64,000 nt of DNA from Tubulanus polymorphus (Eukaryota > Animalia > Nemertea), in the NCBI RefSeq assembly GCF_964204645.1, contig NC_134031.1, positions 17,161,807 to 17,225,806 of the forward strand, in the 5' to 3' direction. Below, piece by piece: positions 47,270 through 60,700 of this stretch. The translations under genes were made by a program, and so were the position numbers. The notes beneath the pieces were generated by a model, which was given only the letters and a program-made list of their open reading frames with translations, was not told the DNA's origin and ran no database searches. The first letter of the stretch is position 1. Each line of letters begins with the position of its first letter.

Positions 47270-49500
47270 TTAACTCTTAGCAGATTCGTAGATTCCATGA
47301 CCGAAGACTCCTTTACGCGAGATACAATCCGATTTATGATGTTCGAACGCTTGATCGCGTGCTCTTCCGCTTCTGAACGTCTGTAGGTGAGGTTTAGCCT
47401 ATAAATGATTCATAAATGAATTGAATTATTAAATAATATTAGTAGAAGTATGGAATATCAACTGCTTTAACTGTCTGCTTTTAGCAGTTTGATACAGATA
47501 AACCACATTTTATACACTATAAAATGAATTTTGCAATTATATGTACTTCGATTGAGGCAAACATTATAGTCTATGTTTAGTCTATGTTCCTAAAACACAC
47601 CTTTTCGTTGAATTTTTGCATTTTCCACAATGGCCCCGGATCGACTGGGTTTTGGTAAGTGCGCAACAACGACGCTCTGGTTTCGTAAACTTTTCCGACC
47701 GTGTGCTTCTACAATGCGAGGAAAATATTATATTAGAATGATTCTCTTCAGGGTGAAACGGCCTCGTTTCACAAGCTTATTTTGTTCGCGAACACAAACC
47801 TTCGTTTCATCTTTTTCTCTCTTTGCTAGTTCAGATTGTTTACGTTCGTCGAGCCAACGGTCTTGATATTTATTTTCCAAAAGGTCGAAGATCGGAGTGG
47901 AAGGTCTGAAAGCGGAGACAATGAGGACGAAAACTTCTTATTAAGTCTTTACAAATTCTGATTTGATTTTAAAATCAAGTGAATTTACGATTTTGCAGTT
48001 ACGAAGAATTCACTCAATTCAGATCATTAGGAATCAATGAATTCAATCCTGTTTATAAGAACTATGGATTACAAGTCTGTGGAAATTCAGAATTTTCAGG
48101 TCTGGACTAACCAGGGCCCCGTTTCATACACATAGAATTAGTAGATCGACTATCTATAGAATAAGTATTCCTGTATCAAACCACAAATCCCAAGGATCAA
48201 ATTCAAAATTTATGTTTCATAGTGGATGTTTTTGTACCATAACATAAGTTCTCTATCCCTAGGAGAAAATTTGACCCAAAATAACCCATATTGCTACAGC
48301 GGAACCTCGTTACAATGAACTGAAATAAAACGATTCATCATATCTAACAAATAGGCCTATAGAAATTCTTCCCGAGTAGAACAATCCAATTAATTTCATA
48401 CCGGATATAGAAAATCAGTTATAACCAACAAATTTTCTGATGACGTGAAGTACATCGCAATGAGGTTCCAATGTAATGAAAAACATTAGTATCAAATTAT
48501 TCAATATCTTTGAATTTGGGTTTTACAGTTAGAGCTATGAATATAATAAGCCTACCTTGTTGCGATGCCATAAACCATCTGAGGCGGCAGTCGTCTGGTT
48601 CGTGTTTTATTTTTCTCCTCGTCCGACTGTCTCCTTCGAATATCGTGCGTAGCTCGGAAATGGTATTGTTCATTCGGTTGCGTGAGACCGGCCTGTACCG
48701 CCGCGCGATTTAAACTCTTGAAATCCCTCTCCGCTTTCTTTTCCTTCCTCCTGATCGGTAAAATGATCGAATCATCGGCGGATTTCTGTTTCCTCTCTTC
48801 TCCCGTATTCCAGCATCCCATTGCTGAAAATATTTTAACCATTTTTGAAAACAGACAAGTTCATCAAAGTGAAATGGAACTTATCATGTAGGCCTACTTA
48901 CCCTCACGTGCTCCTCCATCGTGGCCTTTGTTCGGCGTTCCAAATGTAAAATCTTCACCTCCTGGGAAATGATAACCACGACGCATTGGTTTACCAAGTC
49001 TTGGCTGAAACAAAACATGGACAGAAATTAGATCTAAATTACTAAATGATCTTACTTGCGCATCTTGACCTTCCCATTAGTAGGTATTAGGTATAGTCCT
49101 AGGGCCGGTTTTATTGACTGGTAGGCCTAATGGTATCTATTTCAACACTAGGGTTAACACAATTCATTTCCAATTAATTGAGTTAACCCTCGGGTTTAAG
49201 TTAATACCAGTCTATAAAACCGGGCACTGGACTAAAAGTAGTAATTCAAAAGTAAAGCGCAGTCGTTCAATGGTGTAATGATTGAGTCGAGATAAGAAGA
49301 GGAGGGGAGTTTGTACAAAAATTCAATTCTAATAGAATGAATCGGTTTGTAAAAATATCCAATTTCTATAGATTGGAATCAATCAATCTTGGAATGAAGT
49401 GAATACTTACAAGTAACAGTAATTGATTTTGGAGCATCGTCTCACGGTGACAACCGAGGACACCGGCTTTAGTATAACTGTAATCTAACGCTGAAGCCAT
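47270..49500 (-). CDS. CFAP77: Cilia- and flagella-associated protein 77; exons 49500-49411, 49004-48902, 48823-48556, 47905-47800, 47708-47601, 47398-47270
   Basis: LGCHRETMLQNQLL, LGKPMRRGYHFPG..FTFG..DGG, RDFKSLNRAAVQAGL..EQYHFRATHDIR, YGIATRPSTPIFDLLENKYQDRW, ETRASLLR, LWKMQKF and PHLQTF match CFAP77/C9orf171 motifs. Confidence 0.9.
48297..48473. mobile_element. Tc1/mariner (Tigger-like) MITE, second copy
   Basis: TA|CAGCGGAACCTC...GAGGTTCCAATG|TA, internally similar to 23550-23717. Confidence 0.75.
49102..49226. mobile_element. Palindromic Harbinger-like MITE
   Basis: gccggttttattgactggta...taccagtctataaaaccgg inverted termini with an internal gggttaac/gttaaccc palindrome. Confidence 0.65.
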
Positions 49501-49579
49501 GATTACCCGCTCCTGGTGCGTTTGAGATGAAAGTTCTCAGTTCACTAGGACAGCAGTTTACAGATGTTGTTTATGTGTC

Positions 49580-49593
49580 ATCACCACGGCGAC
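49580..49593 (-). promoter_or_regulatory. X-box-like (RFX) motif upstream of CFAP77
   Basis: GTCGCCGTGGTGAT lies 80 bp upstream of the ATG of a ciliary gene. Confidence 0.35.
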
Positions 49594-50047
49594 GACTAAG
49601 AATCGCGCGGCATACGCTACGGACCTCTGATCCTCAGTCCGTGCCTACGTCCGTTTCGTGAAGAAGTGGCGGATGTTGAGATGGCTCCACAATCAATGAA
49701 AGTATATTGAATATTCATTCGTTCGCGCAAACTAACTTAAATAGGGCTCTCTTTCAGCTGGTAAGTATTCAATAATACTATTTCGATGTAAAATTGATTA
49801 TAATTCTTCTTATGTATTTTACTTCCTTACTGAGGTTAGAATCTATTATACATAATTTCTTCTCTAAATTTAGGCCTATTATGGTTTAAAACTTGTTTCG
49901 TGGAATGTCAATATTGACAATAAGTCAACAACAAGAGGTCACAAATTCAATGTCGAATGAAGGATATTTTTGCTGAGTGATCAATTGAATTTTTGATCGT
50001 GAGTTTTTTTCAGATCATCTCGATCAGTGAAAGTCTTCAAGATCGAA

Positions 50048-53000
50048 ATGTCGTTGCCGACAACAGTGTTGGGTACAATTTTGCGAAAAAGATGCCCTCG
50101 ACTACTTTCCACTGGCGTTGGCGGCACATCCCACTACCTGCGGTCAACGGATTCCGGACAATACAGAAGACCAATCAGATCATTTTCCAAAACATCCGAT
50201 TCGAAAAAGTCTAGCGCTTCGTTAAGCAAACAAGTAGAACTACCGAAAACCGAAATATTCGGTGATTTTAAGGGTTTAGTGACTGACTTTCCCTGCATGT
50301 TGAACAAGTAAGTATCGTGTGAAATATACTACAGTCAATTCCTTATATAGTTACAGCAAGCTGCTTAGAATTATTCTTCCCTGAATTTTGCTCCAAAGTC
50401 TACTGAGGCTCAGGCAATAGTTAGTTACCTAATCGTTGGTTGTAAGCTTTAATTATCAGATGAGCTTATACCAAAGAGGTGGTTTTTGACAGGTTATTGA
50501 CTAGGCCTACTCGGTCCTTTTATTAGTAAATCTAATTTCTGATGTTTTCTCTCATTTCAGTCCGTCCACGGGACCGGAGCCAGTCTACGATGAAATCGTA
50601 TCTGGTTATCAAGTATACCGCAATTCGGAGCCGTTCCACATGCATTTCAGTAACGGATTATTACCGGCTACGAAAATAGCTTACGAAACGTGGGGTGAAT
50701 TGAACGCAGCTAAAGATAACGCTGTCTTAATCTTTACTGGTCTTTCGGGTAGCTCTCATGCCAGGAGTCACGAGGTAGGCCTAGTTAGTTACCTAATCGT
50801 TGGTGGTAATCTTTTTATAATCGAATGGGCTTATGTGGTTTGAAAATATCCGATTGTGAAACTAAACCACAGACAGGTTACTGACTAGAGGTAGGCCTAG
50901 GAATTGTTTAATTCAATTTGAATTGACTATAGACTCGTGAGCTGAAGTCTGATGCTGACCTATTCTGATAGCCATAAATTCCGGTTTTAAATATTTTCAA
51001 AAATTTTTGGGGGTTCTAAGACTTACTGTTGTACTGGTAGACCCTCTGTTTTCATTAGGAGTTAGCATTATCGTTTAGGCCTAATTTATTTTCTAGGGTA
51101 GTCCTGCTCCTGGTTGGTGGGAGAAGTTCATCGGGCCCGGCTGCGCTGTTGATACTAACAAATTCTTCGTGATTTGCGCTAATCACCTCGGAGGATGCTA
51201 TGGAAGCAGGTAATTGAAAAACAAAATCTGAAATACATCTGCTTCTTCACTTAGCAAGTCTACAAAACAAATACTACTTATCTATTCCAGTGGGCCATCT
51301 TCTAGAAATCCAGTTACTGGAAAGGTTTGTGTTCAATTTGTTTTCTTTATGAAAAATATATTTCGTCTAATAAGTGTGTGTTGCCCATTCAGGAAAAAAT
51401 GAGGCTGTTACATCAGTAAATATGAGCAAAAACAAATTAATTTTAGTATTATTTGGTAAATTAGATATCTATTGATGTACATTATTTAGGACAGAAATTA
51501 TATGATACCTGTTTTGATGATTAATTTGAGCCAGTTCCACAGTGGAGCGGGTTTTAATTTGACCATCATTTAAAATCAACACCACTATCAAACTCTACTT
51601 TACCGGTACAATATTGTGTGTTCTGACTTTTTCAGTTCTCTATTGTAGCCTTACGCGACATCCTTCCCTGTAACATCGGTCATTGATATGGTGAAGTTTC
51701 AATTTCAACTTCTCGATCATTTGGGAATCGATAAATTATACGCAGCCGTTGGCTCGTCACTGGGTGGAATGTGTTCGCTTGCCGCTGGTTGCCTTTATCC
51801 TGAAAGAGTTAATTGGTAGGTTTCAATCTCTTTTACACAACGTCATTAGGTCGTCTGCATTCGCACAGATTTAGAAAGCATTTATAAAAAAGCCCCACAA
51901 TATTAAAGATTGACTGTAGAACTTGCTTTAAACATTCATTACTAAAAAGAGTTTCATGATTCATTTTTGAATACCGGTGAATCTTTGAATTGATTTTCGA
52001 ATAAATCTCTGAAATGACAGAAGCATTCTACCCAGAACATCAGTCTAACTGATCTTTGTTTCTAGTTTCTAATGATTTTTATGTCTTTTTATTTACATTA
52101 CGTAGTAGTACACTATGACTAGCCTAAATTTCACTTTATTCACTCGTATTATTTTCTCATTGTATTAGTATAGTGTCGATATCAGGAGCTGCTAGATCTC
52201 ACCCGACTAGTATAGCATTGCGGTATCTACAGCGTCGAACTATCATGTCCGATCCCAATTGGAAGAAAGGCTATTATTACGGAGATAAATACCCTCGTAT
52301 GGGTATGAAGATCGCGCGGTGAGTTTTTGTCAGTTGATACTATTTGGGCGGCCACTTACCTGGAAATCCGAGAAAGGTGAAGGAATTTTCTTTTCTTTAA
52401 AAAAGTCAGAGAATAGGGAATTTTGTAGAAAAAAGAGCTAGAAATCAGGGAATCCTGACTGTAATTGTGACTAGGCAAGAAATCAATGAGGTTTGTCTTG
52501 CAAGGGAATTCAGTCCATGCAATGCTGTTTATTTAAGCTACGAACAACAGAATGTTTGCTGAAAGGGAATCGAGTATATGAATGATTCGTATGATTCCAT
52601 ATTTTTCAGTGAAATTGCCACGATCAGTTATCGCAGTGGGCCGGAATGGAACCAACGTTTCGCGCGCAAGAAAATCAATCCCGATACCGATCCGAGTCTC
52701 TGTCCTACGTTTCTGATTGAAAGCTACATCGATTACCAAGGAGAATCGTTCTGCATGAAATACGATCCGAATTCCCTCCTGTACATCTCTAAGGTATAGC
52801 AAAGCCTCGTGCTTAAACTATACTAACTATGCGGTAGTCTGATGTTTTTGGACTGGAAGATTTTCTTTGACTTTGACTACTTTGAGAAAGTCGAATTTTC
52901 AAGCTTTTGAATGAAAACTGTAACTTGAAAAAGAATAATCTTTCATATGTTCGCTTAGCCTATAATCACTAGGGAGAGGGTGAGGTTTACACGTATTTTG

Positions 53001-54087
53001 ACTTGCAGCTATGTTTTGATTCACCTTCAATCATTTGGACCATAAGAATGTTATAGCGAGTTTTTCAAATTTAAAAATCTGACTTTGGGAGAGAAATGCA
53101 TTTGAAACCAAGGAGAAAAAAACAACCCAACATTTTCCTCTGTTTTGAGCATTTGTCCAAGTTTTGCACAGTTTATTGTATAAACCTTCTACTAAATACA
53201 AAATCTCTTTTATCATATACGGTATTCCTTTCAGGCAATGGATCTGTTTGATTTGTCGGATGGATATTCGTCTTTAGCCGAAGGTATGTCGGTTATTCGT
53301 TGTCCGGTTTTGGTCATCGGTGTTCAGAGTGATATTCTGTTTCCTATTCATCAACAACGCGAGATTGCTTCAACGCTGAAAAATGCCGGTTAGTGCTGTA
53401 AACATTTACACGTTCTATTCTACAATTGACTCTTATCAATTTTCTACTGACCGAATCGATGAACAGCTTGTGTTGGTTGAAAAACATCAGTTCTCTGTGA
53501 CAAATCTTTACTCAATACTCGGATGCAGATTTCGGAGGCGGTCCGGATCCCTGCCTTTCCACTGAGGTTACCCTTTTCGTCAAGCCAGATATAGTTAAAA
53601 CCTGCAAATGTGACACTCGTCCTCTCGGAATTTACATCTTTTAGAATGTATTTCTTCGAGAAGATATATACACTGATGTCTGGTCGCCGTTGACAGACAT
53701 TGGCTGCTTTATCCTAAAAAAATGCCTTTTCTTTTCTTCTATACCCCAGCCTTCCAATTTTCCTAGATCTGCACACATGATACCATCCAAACTGTAGAAA
53801 ATATATTATCTTTTGAATGCGTTTCTATTGTTAATTCAAGGTAACAAATCGGTCACTTATTTCGAGCTGGATTCGATCTATGGTCACGATACGTTTCTGC
53901 TGGATTTGAATGGTGTCGGAGCTGGGGTCAAGGTACGATTGTCGATCGAACTGAACTTTCACTCATTGAACCTACTCTAAGTTGAATATAATGTTCGTTA
54001 TTCATTTATCTATATTTTCAGGGATTTTTGGAGACGGACTTGTCCGAGGTGCACAAACCTGTCAAGCCACGTAATCAGTCTTCATGA
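50048..54087 (+). CDS. MetX-family serine O-succinyl/acetyltransferase (fungal Cys2-like), predicted mitochondrial; exons 50048-50307, 50561-50774, 51097-51209, 51291-51324, 51649-51815, 52169-52318, 52610-52793, 53235-53388, 53841-53932, 54022-54087
   Basis: [60 protein letters not shown], nucleophile [22 protein letters not shown], catalytic Asp in SDILFP and His in YGHDTFL. The N-terminus is Arg/Ser-rich and presequence-like. Confidence 0.92.
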
Positions 54088-54760
54088 TAACAGGATTATA
54101 GACATACCTGTATTTATTTTCTATACACTATATTGGTGCTCTCTTTGTCTACAGTGAAATAAATCGGAACTTTTATGTGAACTTGCAGTTGTTGATATCA
54201 TGACATATTGCTAATTGATATTGCCGCTGTCTGTATTGATTATCAGGATGAACCCGATCATATTGTATTAAATAAGACATATTATATTATACATGTGCTA
54301 GAAATAATATACTCGTATTCATTATTTTGATACATGAAATACTAAGATTTATCTTTCTTTCCTTTTTTGATGGATAGCTGTGGATGTTTAGTTCACTTAA
54401 TCAAAATCTCTGTGGAAATTGGGCCAAATTGTCTGCGTGCACCAGCATATGCACTATGCAGCGTGCACTATGCTCCGACATTGAGCCATTCGAGCACTAA
54501 GTCAGGTAACCCTCCAGATGTTTTGAATACACCGAAGGCTTAGTGCCCGGCCCTTTGTGAGGCAGCCGGTGAGAAATAGTTAGCGAACTAAATACCTATT
54601 ACCTATTACGAATAACTACATGGACGAATAGACACCGGTACTAATAAGCGTCCGTTGCCGTTGCCGTGATGTAAAACAGGGCCGTAGATAGTCCACAGGC
54701 GTGTTTTATGGATTCCTCAAAATTAGTACAGCGAATTGTCAACGAAATAACGCAAAAATC

Positions 54761-57700
54761 ATGGCCGCATCATCAACGTACATGAAAATAATTTCGGAGT
54801 TTTTCCCAACGATTGACGGTGAAATATACCAATACGTTAACGGTAAAGTATATTTGACGATTGTGCACCAATTCTTTTTATACCGTATCCACTTATTTGT
54901 TGTAAAATGAAAATATGCAGTGGACAAGTGGTAAAAATCCGATTCGATCATCATCATCATCATCGTTCGTTTCGGACCAGCACCTATATAGTACGCACTA
55001 ATCTCATCTGCTGTACCCTCGGCTTCAGTAACTGTCTGTGCTGTGGTTGAGTTTCACGATTGGATATTTTCACAAACCACAGGTTATAGAAGTTTACCAC
55101 CAACGATTAGGTGACCAACTATTCTAAACCCTGCTGGGCTCGGTTTCATGAAAAAGGTTAAGTTTGAATTGTTGTCCTCATTGAAGGCATGAAGTAACCA
55201 ATAGCAATTACACCAAAAATTTGACTTAAAGTGAAACTGGGCCCAGGCCTAACCCAATCGAAACCCTAGCCCTATACCATGTTGTTGTGTGATCGCGGCT
55301 TTACATTGTAGATAGATAGGCCTAATAAGTTATCAACATTTTGATTGACATGACTCCTAGAATTTGTTACTTTTCTCCTGGAAAACTGGCAAACATCTGG
55401 AATTCCAGTTGCCCTGAAGTGTACGAACCCTGGAATGAAATAATTGTTTTGTTGTCTTAATCAGTATATCTTCTAATATATGGCCTAAAGATTTTGGTAA
55501 AATAGCGTTTACTAAAGTAATGCTGTGTTGGCAAAATATCCACTTCCTTAAAGTGTTGATTTATGCCTACGTACCCATGTTAGCCAACTAATTTTATTTT
55601 TTTATAAATTTCATCGCAGGAGTCTTAGACACAAGCGCTGAGCATTTTGACACATCAGATGATGTTTATGATGCTATCGGGGACGTACTCAAAGAGGTCG
55701 ATGAAGACAAAACTGATGAAGAAATCATGAAACTATGTGACAGGATGATCAACATCATGAAGGGGTAAGGGATTAACCAGTTATGCTGTAGTCGGCTATT
55801 TGAAAGTCAGTCGTTTCTGATTATTGGCAAATTTGAGAAAATATCAAACAGTGTTCAAGAAGGATTAGCCTAGGCTTTTAGATTATACTATTGGCAAATT
55901 TGGCAAATCCTTGAGGAAAAGATATTTTGTAGTTGCCTTCAATTGTTTTGACAATCATTATGAAATGTTTATGTAAGATTTTCAGATCCAGATTAAACTA
56001 AGCCAAATAAAGCTACCGGTACAGGTCTGGATGTAAAACAACTGATAGAATGTATATTTAATTCTTTCATACCTTGTAATTGAAGGGGTGATTTAAATAG
56101 CGGCGCTGCTCACAAGGCATTGGATGCCCCCATTCACCTGGGACAGTTAGCTGAAAATATGGCCAATCGTAGTGAAGAAACTGCGAGTATATGGCTAGTC
56201 AACAAAGATCGGGAAACTGTAAGTGACAATATATATTGTTTAAGAAGAAAATTCAATATCTTGAATGTTCTCTTCAAGAGGTTTTAAAGGTGGCACCTGT
56301 CAAAAATCTGCCGTATATGAATCACTGTTCTATCACCACTGATTATTGTTTTGTCCTGTAGTAAGCTAATCCTTTCAGTGCTAGAGATGATTTGAAAATT
56401 CTTAAGTATTCCACTACAGTGTGTTGTGTAATGGGCATATCACTATAGTGCATCTAAACCGTGGCGCAGTGTATTGTCAGTTACAAATATTTCATTATGT
56501 TTGACATCTTTAGATAGAGATAAAAACTACTAACAACTAATGACATCAATACTCCAGCAAAATCCATCACCGATTTATACACTGCACTGAAGTGTAGACG
56601 CACTGAAAGAAGTAACTTGGCAGATACCAACAGATTGCACCAAAAATGATATAATTTCTGATAAAGAATGAATGCATTCCCTCTAAAGAAAATACCAGCA
56701 TTTGAAGAAAGCAAGCCGGCATGTTTCAAAAGCATTTGAAGTTGATTTGTTTGATGTATACTGTTCTTTCTTTCATCAGCAAGTTGATCAGAAGAAGTTA
56801 GAAAAAGCGGAAGCGAAACTGCGGCAAAAACAACAGAAAGTTGATGTTCCTGTGATTAAACCTGTCTCAAATGGGTAAGAGTTTAAATAGAGATGGAATA
56901 TATCACGAGCCAAAGACGTTTGTTTGGCCAAAGACGGCATTTAGAATCGCGTTTAATCGATTTTCAGTGATATGGCGAGTGCTAGTCAGATGTCTGATCG
57001 TAAAGTCGACAGAATGGAAACATCCGGCAGCAATAAAACTTACGATATACGCATTGAAAATTTCGACATTTCATACGGAGACAAGTAAGTTACACGCATA
57101 CGATAGGAATAATCCTATTTGAAATAGGTTTTTAATACGGTAGATGTCTTGTATCGCTACATTTGAGATGAGTGTATGAAAAAAACCTGTGCTATTCTTA
57201 TTTTTAGAAAACTTTTAATCGGCGCGGATATGAATTTAAACTTCGGACGTAGATACGGTTTGATCGGCAGAAATGGAAAGGGAAAAACTACACTTTTGCG
57301 AATGTTGTCAAAGTACGTAAGTCTAGTGCCTCATTTGTCATGCTTAGATTATATGACTACTTACTATATGACTGTCAGTCAGTTTTATCCTAGTCAAAAT
57401 TGTTTCATAATTGAATTGTATTCATAGAGGTATTTTCAGGGTGGCCACTTAACTGGAAATCAGGGAAAAGTCAGGGAAATTTCTTTTCTCTAAAAAAGTC
57501 AGGGAATAGTCGGGGAATTTTGTTTAAAATAGAAAAGGCTTAAAATCAGGGAAAAGTCTGGGAAGTTTGTTGCGATTACTAGATCATGCGTAAAATCCAA
57601 CAGTTTCCGTCTATGCAGATCAAGTTAGGGAAAACAACGTGCATTTCAGGGAATAGTCATGGAAAAAAGTCAAATAAAAATGGCCAACCTGATTTAGATG

Positions 57701-60700
57701 TCTAAATACCCCGGTAATCAAATGAATGGTATTTGAGATATTTATGTCCTCTTTTAGTGGCAGTTTAAGAATTCCGTCGCACATCACCGCTTTACACGTT
57801 GAGCAAGAGGTGGTCGGAGATGACACGATTGCGTTGGAAAGCGTTCTAGAAAGCGACGAGAAACGACATCGTCTGTTAACCGAGGAACGAAGCATCAATA
57901 ACCAATTGAATGAAGAAAAGTTAGTAACATTTCGTGAAATTGGATTTTTCGCCATCTATGTGGATGTTTGTATGATTTGGGAACAAACTGGAATTTAGCT
58001 AGAACACATTTTAGTAGAAGATGTTATTTTTACATATATTCATCAGGGGCCAGTTGCTCAAAGGTTGGTTAAAGATAACCGGTCGTTAAAATACCATAGT
58101 AACAATGAAATTTCAATTGTCACCATATCAACTATCCACTGGTTAACTCTAACCAACTTTTGAGCAACCGGCCCCAGACGGATGAAAGATATACTGTAAG
58201 TTTTCATGTCTCACAATATGAGGTTTTTATTTTCAGTCGATCTAACAGTAAACTCAGTAGTCGTTTGGCTGAGATTTATCACGAATTGGAGGCGATGGAA
58301 GCGGATAAGGCTCCGGCGAAAGCAGCTGTTATATTGTCGGGTCTGAGTTTTACACCTGACATGCAGAAACAATGCACAAAGTAAGAGCGATGTTGATACT
58401 AGAAAAGCTTATGTCATCGATGGGGTGAAGTATGTTGCAATGTATTAAAGGGTGGTTGAACTGGACAATTGGGCAGTGCTTGTTGCGCCATTCCTAAATC
58501 CGCTCTTTCTTTCACACAGTTATTTGTATTTTTCAGAGAATTTTCCGGTGGTTGGAGAATGAGACTCGCCTTGGCACGGGCTCTTTTTTCAAAGTAAGAT
58601 GATTTTACGATGACCAAATTTTTTTCAAAATGATCAAAAATGAATAGTTCCGAGATTTATATACGAATGTAATATTGTTTTTCAGACCAGACCTGCTTTT
58701 ACTTGACGGTATGTATATGCTGAACATTTTACCTGTGTCAAATAGTTAAAACCCTAGAGCCTGATTACTGATTAACATGGCTAACATTACTACATCTGTG
58801 GAATGGTATAAAATGTGTAGAGCCTGATTAATGGTTTACATATAATGAAAATGTTTATTCGCCGTGCAGTATGAATAATATGTAATGACAAACAAGGCAA
58901 AACATACATATAGTTACATACATGACTGAATGCTCGGAAAGCCAATAGTGCCCTATAGGGATCCAAGCACCCAGAAAAAAACCAACTACACTTAACGCAA
59001 ATGAAATAGATATAAAAGAGATATGGGAGGGTAGTCTGTCTGAAGGATTTTAGTTTATATGACATGAAACCAGAATTGAATTTGGATTCAGTAATAACCA
59101 GTGTAGCCTAGCTTACTGGCTAAATCAGGTTTCGAGGTGTATATGAGACATGATTGAAATGAAATTGGTAATTAATGCGTAACGCATGCGTTTGATTTCA
59201 GAACCGACGAACATGTTGGATATGAAAGCCATTATATGGCTAGAGAACTATCTGCAGACGTGGCCGACGACGATCCTAGTCGTGTCTCACGATCGTACGT
59301 TCCTGAACTCGGTGACGACGGACATTTTACACTTGCACTCGCAGCGATTAGACGCTTACCGCGGCGATTACGAGGTGTTCGTCAAAACGCGGACGGAGAA
59401 GTTGAAAAATCAACAGCGTGAATACGAAGCGCAAAAAGTGTACAGAGACAGTATACAAGTAAGTTCTGCCCGATCGACTTAAAACTCTTAGACTCAAAGT
59501 TGAATGAATTTAATGCGAAAACCGTTGATAAAACCTAACTCAGTGGACGATCAATGTTGAAATGATATCGTAGGTTCAGATTAATCTTCTATCTTCATTC
59601 AGTAGCATTCTTCTATTTATGTTCAGAGATTCGTTCGAGATTATTATTTTCACTTATAATAAGAAATAATTTCAAATAAATACCTGAAGATAAGTTGAAG
59701 GATTCTATCTGAATGATTAATTTTTGTTCATTATCGATCTTAGACATTGTGGACACAGACAAAAAAATGCTTATTATAACTGATAGGGTGTGTAGTGGTT
59801 GAAATTCATCAAATTTTTGATTTTTCAGGTATTCATCGATAGATTTAGGTACAATGCAAATAGAGCGTCACAAGTACAGAGTAAAATAAAACTATTAGAA
59901 AAATTGTAAGTCGAACAAGCGTAAGAACGCAATGTTGATTCTTTTCCCACAACTGTTTTATGTTTCGTAAAAATCATGGCATGTTTTCTTGTAGACCCGA
60001 GTTAAAACCATTAGAAAAGGACCAAGAAGTAATTCTCAGGTCAGTGGCAGTCATTCGAAGTTGTTGATCATTGTTCAATTCACATTTCTTCGTTTATTCT
60101 CGATTTTATTGCCATTTTTTTTCGCAGATTTCCTGAAACTGATAAACTATCTCCACCAGTGCTGCAATTAGATGAAGCTAGTTTCTACTATTCCCAAGAC
60201 AAAGTGATATTCAAAGACGTATGCATTTCAGCCTGCAGTGAATCGCGAATATGCATCGTAAGTGAACTATCATACAGTAGTATCAATGATTGTTTGGATA
60301 GACGATCCTAATTCTGAACTCAGTGAAATTATGGTCCTATCGTTATACAGACAGAGTCCAATTGAATAGACCTATAGGCTCTTTCATTTCTTCTGGTATT
60401 TGTCGCAATAAACTGGAGTTCATGGCGTTTTTAAAAGTCCTTAATTGAGGGAATTGTCTTATAAGGGCCCTTAAAAGTGCTTGATTTTGTCTCTCTTGTC
60501 TTGAAGTAGAATTCATCAACAAAGCAAATAATCTTTGTGTACTCATTTGATGGTAGATTTATTAACCCCCGTTATCATTAGGTGGGAGAAAATGGAGCTG
60601 GTAAAACAACGCTGTTAAAGATATTATTAGGCGAACTGGATCCGGTGTCTGGAATACGGCACGGTCATCGCAACCTACGAATTGGTTATTTCAGTCAACA

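Noticed and set aside
50048-54087. Bacterial contamination or recent horizontal transfer of metX
   Set aside because: It has nine spliceosomal introns containing host MITEs, a presequence and fungal Cys2-like motifs.
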